Positions 59,052-64,000 of a stretch of 64,000 bases of DNA are shown piece by piece. This stretch comes from Brevibacterium luteolum (GTDB taxonomy: Bacteria; Actinomycetota; Actinomycetes; Actinomycetales; Brevibacteriaceae). The stretch lies in NCBI RefSeq assembly GCF_013004595.1, contig NZ_JABEMC010000009.1:1-64000 (forward strand). Reading direction: 5' to 3'. A program made the translations under genes and the position numbers. The notes under the pieces were generated by a model. The model was not told where the DNA came from, searched no databases, and was given only the letters and a program-made list of their open reading frames with translations. The stretch's first letter is position 1. Every line of letters starts with the position of its first letter.

Positions 59052-60017
59052 TCACATGCCGCCGGGACTGATGACCCGGCCGACGAGCGCGCCGGGCTGG
59101 GCGCGGGCGTGGTTGGGGTATTTGACGGCGTCGTGGTGGGTGACGACAAGGGTGGAGTAGATGACGACGATGAGGGTGGAGACGAGCAGCTGGACCATCG
59201 ACCCGCCGTCGAGGCTGTTGGGCAGCAGCAGGTTGAAGGCGGCCAGGGAGTAGAACACGACGTTGCCGACGATGTGCAGGGCGATCGCGGCCTCCAGCCC
59301 GCCGGTCGCCCAGGTGACGAACCCGGCCCCGAGGGCGAAGATCGCGATGTCGACCTGGCTGACAAGCCCGTAGTTCTGCCCGAGGATGAGCAGCGGCAGC
59401 GGCAGCAGGATCGGCCATACCGGATGTGCCAGCCACGAGCCGATCATCTGCCCGAGGATGCCGCGGAAGACGAGCTCCTCGCCGGCGGCCTGCATCGGCA
59501 CGAGCAGCAGGGTGATGACGATGAGGATGAAGCCGTTGTGATCCGGCCACCGGAAGTGATCGTGGGCGACCGGGTCGAAGATCATGAGCAGGGAGGTGAT
59601 CGGCACCGTGATGAGCACGGCGAGCATGGTGCTGCGCCCGAACAGCCGCCACCGGAACCGGCCCTCGACTGAGTACAGGGTGCCCAGCGGCCGGCCGGAG
59701 ACGTTCATCGCCAGCAGGCAGGCGGGAATGAGGGCGATGGTGACGAGCACGGTGAAGAACAGCGTGACCGGGCTGGCGATGAGCGGGACGCCCTCCCGGC
59801 GGATCGGGTCGAAGAGGTTCGGGGCGAAGTGGTCTGAGAGCAGCATCACCGGGGTGATGATGAGGCTGGAGAAGAGCAGGACGTACACCATCGTCAGCAC
59901 CCCGACGAGCAGCGGACGCCACCAGCGGATGTGCGGATAGGTCTCGGCCATCCGGAAGTAGCGGAACACCGGCGCCTTGGCAGGATCGTAGTAGGGAGGC
60001 TGATGGATCTTGCGCAT
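59052..60017 (-). CDS. CPBP-family intramembrane protease
   Basis: QAAGEELVFRG, TGGLEAAIALHIVGN. Confidence 0.88.
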   Translation of the reverse strand: MRKIHQPPYYDPAKAPVFRYFRMAETYPHIRWWRPLLVGVLTMVYVLLFSSLIITPVMLLSDHFAPNLFDPIRREGVPLIASPVTLFFTVLVTIALIPACLLAMNVSGRPLGTLYSVEGRFRWRLFGRSTMLAVLITVPITSLLMIFDPVAHDHFRWPDHNGFILIVITLLLVPMQAAGEELVFRGILGQMIGSWLAHPVWPILLPLPLLILGQNYGLVSQVDIAIFALGAGFVTWATGGLEAAIALHIVGNVVFYSLAAFNLLLPNSLDGGSMVQLLVSTLIVVIYSTLVVTHHDAVKYPNHARAQPGALVGRVISPGGM

Positions 60018-60128
60018 GCGGACCGTCGCATCTCCCTTCTGGCAGGTGGTCACTTGACACAGACACGGACAGCCGGCACCGAGGCGTGGCACGGCGAGTT
60101 CTAGGGTCGGACTCGTAGAGTTCCTCGT

Positions 60129-60758
60129 ATGAATAGTAGACGTTCTGTGGACTCGCCCCGCCACCCTGCAGCCACAGGCTCCCGTCCTGCCGTCGAGGCG
60201 CCCCAGCCGCTGCGCTCGCCTGCCCGGACAATGGTGCTGTTCTGGCTGGCGGCAGTCTCCGGAGTCATCATGTGCGCGGCCTACCACTGGCTGCAGCTGA
60301 ATTCCGGTGCCGCGCTCGGCCGGGCGATCCAGCCGGGCATCCCAAGCGTGCACCTCATCGTCGACGTCACCCTCGGCACGCTCGCTCTTGCGATGCTGCC
60401 GGCGGCCATCCAGCACGACCCGATGGAGCGTGAGGACTCCTATGTCGGCCCGCCCTCAGCACTTGTGGCCGGGCTGGTGATCCTGTGTGTGTGGATGGTC
60501 TCAGTGCTCGCCGCCCCAGCCGGTGCGGTGGTGCTCATCTCGATCGCCGCGCGCTTATCAGCGAACTGGACGATCCCGGCCTTCTGCGCCTCACTGCTGT
60601 CGATCATCGTCTTCCAGCTGGCCCTCGCCCAGGCCGATGCCTCCCCGCACTTCGCCCTCGGTGCCGTGCTGCTGACGGTGACCCTCATCGCGATGGGCAG
60701 CATCCGCGGTGTCGTGCTGCGCCGCCAGGAGCGCGCCGACCTGCAGCGCCAGTCATGA
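60129..60758 (+). CDS. Hypothetical multi-pass membrane protein
   Basis: About six hydrophobic helices ending in RRQER; start uncertain. Confidence 0.7.
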   Translation: MNSRRSVDSPRHPAATGSRPAVEAPQPLRSPARTMVLFWLAAVSGVIMCAAYHWLQLNSGAALGRAIQPGIPSVHLIVDVTLGTLALAMLPAAIQHDPMEREDSYVGPPSALVAGLVILCVWMVSVLAAPAGAVVLISIAARLSANWTIPAFCASLLSIIVFQLALAQADASPHFALGAVLLTVTLIAMGSIRGVVLRRQERADLQRQS

Positions 60759-60816
60759 TCGCCTCGGCGCGACTCGGCGGTCCGGCATGCCTCCAGTCCG
60801 TCCGACTCGAAAGTTA

Positions 60817-60863
60817 GAAAAGCTATTCATGGTCAGTGGGCATCTGACCATGAATAGCTTTTC
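60817..60863. repeat. AT-rich perfect 20-bp inverted repeat
   Basis: GAAAAGCTATTCATGGTCAG-tgggcat-CTGACCATGAATAGCTTTTC. Confidence 0.9.
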
Positions 60864-60893
60864 CAGCTTTACGACTTATGGCCTGCCGGAAAG

Positions 60894-62312
60894 TCAGCCG
60901 GTGGGTTTGTTCGGCAGCCCGCTGGCGTGCGAGCCGCCTGCCGATTCCTCGGCCTCGGCCTCCTCACCCTCGTCGTCCTCATCGCCGTTCTTCGTCCAGC
61001 CGAGGATGAAGGCCAGGACGAACACGGCGATACCTCCGAGGGTGACGACGATCGCGTAGGGCCAGGTGAACCCGGCGATGATGAGCAGCGGGGCCGCGAT
61101 CGTCATGCCGATCTCGAACGGCGAGTAGCCGACGTAGGCGACGCCGAACTCCTCGAGCGTCTTCGACTTCATCTTCGGGTCGACGATCTTGAGCAGCGCG
61201 ATCGCGGTGGCGACCGAGGCGGTCGACCAGCCCCAGCCGAAGATGCCGCGCTCGATCCACTGCTCACCGAACATCGCCGGGCTGACGAAGCGGAAGATGA
61301 TGAAGCAGTACACGAATCCGAAGACCATGAGGATGATGAGCGGGATCGCGTAGTCGGCGACGATCGCCGGGACGATCGAGGCGACACCGAAGGCGACGAG
61401 GAAGTCGGTTGCCGAACCGGAGACGGCTGAGACGGTGTCCTGGTCGACGTACTTCTTGCCGTTGGTGATCTCCAGGATCCCGCGGCCGGCCATGCCGACG
61501 ACGAAGGCGAGCGCGAACAGCGGGATGCTCACCTCGGGGAACAGCGCAGCCACGCCCTGCTGCAGGCCGTAGGCGCCGATGGTCGTCATGCCGACGACGG
61601 CGACGTGCAGAGCGAGCGGTTCGAGTGAGGACGGCGAGGAGGTCGCGTGTCCGATGGCCGGGCGCTGGCCGATGATCGAGATGAGGCCGGTGCGCAGCTC
61701 CTCGGGCAGTTCAGAGGTGTCGCCGATCTGCGCGGTCCGACCGGTCTCGGCACCCCACTTGGCCATGATGATGCCGCCGATGATCGCCACGAGTGTGCCG
61801 ATCGTCGCCGAGGTGAAGCCGAGCGTCATCGCTGCTTCCTGGCCGCTGTCCTCCAGGCTGCCGCCGATCGCGGCAGCGGTGCCGAAGCCGCCGACCCAGC
61901 CGACAGGCAGCATGAGGCCGAACCAGTCGGGAGTGTCGAAGAGGAAGGACAGGACGATGAGCCCGAAGAGCACCGCAGCACCCCACTGCATGACGTACAT
62001 CCCCGTGGAGAAGGACCACATGGCCCGAGCGCCTTTGAGCACGCGGCCGGAGAACTCCATGCTGTAGGGCATCGCACCGAAGACCACTGCGATGAGGATC
62101 GTCGAATAGGTGCCGAGCTGGTCGCTGAAGGGCAGCCAGCCGAGCACGGCAGGGCCGAAGATGAGGCCGAGGATGCCGGCGGTGATCGATGACGGGATGA
62201 GGAGGCTCTGCACCGGACGGGTACGGGTGTAGGCGCGGATGAGCTTGCCGATGAGCAGCAGCGCTGAGATGAGGCCGATGTCCACAAGCAGTGTGTAGGG
62301 GGTGTACTCCAT
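60894..62312 (-). CDS. gltS: Sodium/glutamate symporter (GltS/ESS family)
   Basis: IPSSITAG, GWVGGFGTAAA, ALLKIVDP; AGGAGG RBS. Confidence 0.85.
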   Translation of the reverse strand: MEYTPYTLLVDIGLISALLLIGKLIRAYTRTRPVQSLLIPSSITAGILGLIFGPAVLGWLPFSDQLGTYSTILIAVVFGAMPYSMEFSGRVLKGARAMWSFSTGMYVMQWGAAVLFGLIVLSFLFDTPDWFGLMLPVGWVGGFGTAAAIGGSLEDSGQEAAMTLGFTSATIGTLVAIIGGIIMAKWGAETGRTAQIGDTSELPEELRTGLISIIGQRPAIGHATSSPSSLEPLALHVAVVGMTTIGAYGLQQGVAALFPEVSIPLFALAFVVGMAGRGILEITNGKKYVDQDTVSAVSGSATDFLVAFGVASIVPAIVADYAIPLIILMVFGFVYCFIIFRFVSPAMFGEQWIERGIFGWGWSTASVATAIALLKIVDPKMKSKTLEEFGVAYVGYSPFEIGMTIAAPLLIIAGFTWPYAIVVTLGGIAVFVLAFILGWTKNGDEDDEGEEAEAEESAGGSHASGLPNKPTG

Positions 62313-62622
62313 CAGGGTCCTCCTGGTCGTGTGCGTCGCCGCCGGCGCGATGCGCTCTCGGCCCGGGTGCCGGGAACCCCGGCCCACCACGATCCAGCCC
62401 ACCAGGAGGGCTGAGTGTTCCCTGTGAACACCCTATCGTGCGGGCCTGCCAATAGATAGCCCTTCCGGGTCTCGGTCGCCTCTGTCATGGGCGCAAGTGC
62501 CCTTGTGCGCATGCGGACTGCCCGCGTACGCGTCAGGCGCCGGCCGACCGTGTGGTCGACCGGCGCCTGTGCTGCGGGCTGTCACGTCCCCGCGGGGACG
62601 TCTCCGCGTCAGGTGGTGCGGA

Positions 62623-63384
62623 TCATTTCGGTGCCATGCGGATGGCGCCGTCGAGGCGGATGGTCTCGCCGTTGAGCATCGGATTGGCCACGATCGACTC
62701 GACGAGCTGGGCGTACTCGGCCGGCTGGCCGAGGCGGGCCGGGTGCGGGATCGAAGCGGCCAGCGAGTCCTGGGCGGCCTGCGGCAGGCCGGCCATCATC
62801 GGGGTCATGAAGATGCCCGGGGCGATCGTGACGACGCGGATGAGCGAGCTGGCAAGCTCACGGGCCATCGGCAGGGTCACGGCGTGCACGCCGCCCTTGG
62901 AGGCGGAGTAGGCGATCTGGCCGATCTGGCCGTCGAAGGCCGCGACCGAGGCGGTGTTGATGATGACACCGCGCTCCTCACCGTCGGCCTCCTGCTGCTG
63001 CATGGCGGCAGCGGCGAGCCGGCAGACGTTGACGGTGCCGACGAGGTTGATGTTGATGACCTTGGCGAAGTCGTCGAGGCCCAGCGGGCCGCGCTTGCTC
63101 ACGAGCTTGCCGGGGGTGGCGACGCCGGCGCAGTTGACGACGACCCGCAGGTTGCCCAGCGAGGTGGCCAGGTCGACGGCCTTCTGGACGTCGTCTTCGC
63201 TGGTGACGTCGGCTGCGACGAAGTGGGCCTTGTCGCCGAGCTCGGCGGCGGCGGCTTCACCGGCTTCGGCGTTGAGGTCGAGCAGGACGACGGTGGCACC
63301 AGCATTCAGCAGGCGTTCGGCGGTCGCACGGCCGAGACCGGAGACACCTCCGGTGACGAGGGCGACGGCGTTGTTGAGTTCCAT
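62623..63384 (-). CDS. SDR-family 3-hydroxyacyl-CoA dehydrogenase (HSD10-like)
   Basis: [39 protein letters not shown]. Confidence 0.92.
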   Translation of the reverse strand: MELNNAVALVTGGVSGLGRATAERLLNAGATVVLLDLNAEAGEAAAAELGDKAHFVAADVTSEDDVQKAVDLATSLGNLRVVVNCAGVATPGKLVSKRGPLGLDDFAKVININLVGTVNVCRLAAAAMQQQEADGEERGVIINTASVAAFDGQIGQIAYSASKGGVHAVTLPMARELASSLIRVVTIAPGIFMTPMMAGLPQAAQDSLAASIPHPARLGQPAEYAQLVESIVANPMLNGETIRLDGAIRMAPK

Positions 63385-63530
63385 TGCGGTGTGATTCCTT
63401 TCACTCACGGGGCACGCTGAGCACTATACCGACCACCTGCCTGCGTTCCCTCCGGCGGTCCCGGCCAGGCCCCGAACCGGTCCCGGCCCGGTCCCAGCGA
63501 TGATCCTTACCGCGCCCGAGGCGGTGGTGA

Positions 63531-64000
63531 TCAGAAGGTCAGCAGGTCGCGGTCTTCGAGGTGGCCGAGTTCGTTTCCGGTGAGCATGACCGCCCGGTCG
63601 GCGGCGAAGCGCACCCGGGTGATCCCGGCATGGGCGGGTCGGAAGAGGAAGTCGGCCTCCAGCCCGTACTCCTCGGCGAGAAAGGCGTTGATGACCCCGC
63701 CGTGGCAGGCGATGGCGATTGCCTGCGGGTGCGGGACCGGTTCACCATTCTGCTCAGCCGCCGCGCGGGCCTGTGCCGCAGTGCCCGGTTCGGGCAGGTG
63801 CCGGCTGGCCAGCTCCCAGATCGCGGTGTGCACGCGGGTGCGGAAGGCCTGCGAGCCTTCGCCCAGCGGCAGGGCATCCCACTTGCGGGTGCGCACCATC
63901 GTCTCCGCCGCCTCGGCCGCGGCCTGGGCTCCGACGGCCTGTTCGAAGCTGAGGTGGGCGGGCACCTGCTGGAAGATCCCCACCTCGGCCAGCCGCTCAT
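63531..64000 (-). CDS. Histidine phosphatase family protein, C-terminal part
   Basis: IACHGGVIN, PAHAGITR, NELGHL; frame is open to the window end. Confidence 0.8.
   Translation of the reverse strand, partial: ERLAEVGIFQQVPAHLSFEQAVGAQAAAEAAETMVRTRKWDALPLGEGSQAFRTRVHTAIWELASRHLPEPGTAAQARAAAEQNGEPVPHPQAIAIACHGGVINAFLAEEYGLEADFLFRPAHAGITRVRFAADRAVMLTGNELGHLEDRDLLTF

Noticed and set aside
63455..63500. CGGTCCC repeats between the SDR and phosphatase genes
   Set aside because: Short GC-rich low-complexity sequence expected by chance or slippage.

Overview
High-GC actinobacterial chromosome segment; the gene content suggests Micrococcales, probably Brevibacterium-like (inference, not checked). 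The window opens inside the left end of an IS481-family element inserted into a DASS transporter gene. Core loci follow: dnaK-grpE-dnaJ-hspR with two HAIR operators, pdxR/pdxS, an FMN-riboswitch riboflavin operon (RibD-RibE-RibB in one frame, a frameshift in ribB, no ribA, then ribH), a Balon/baeRF-like factor facing an amphi-Trp gene, an osmoprotectant ABC transporter, a frameshifted DUF222/HNH gene, dps, a TAXI-TRAP transporter, a C50 carotenoid cluster (crtB-crtI-crtY-crtY-crtEb) and an amidase-Idi fusion. A copper/metal island at about 44.7-55.4 kb encodes Csp, DUF305, CopB, CopZ, CopRS, a CDF transporter, TlpA, CcdA, CueP, an SGNH hydrolase, a small Cys-rich protein and a CsoR-family regulator, with recognisable CopR boxes and CsoR-type operators. 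The window ends with a NarL-type two-component system whose kinase lacks the N-box, a CPBP protease, GltS, an SDR and a partial histidine phosphatase. No CRISPR array, rRNA or tRNA was seen. All family calls come from motif recognition by eye; no database searches were run.
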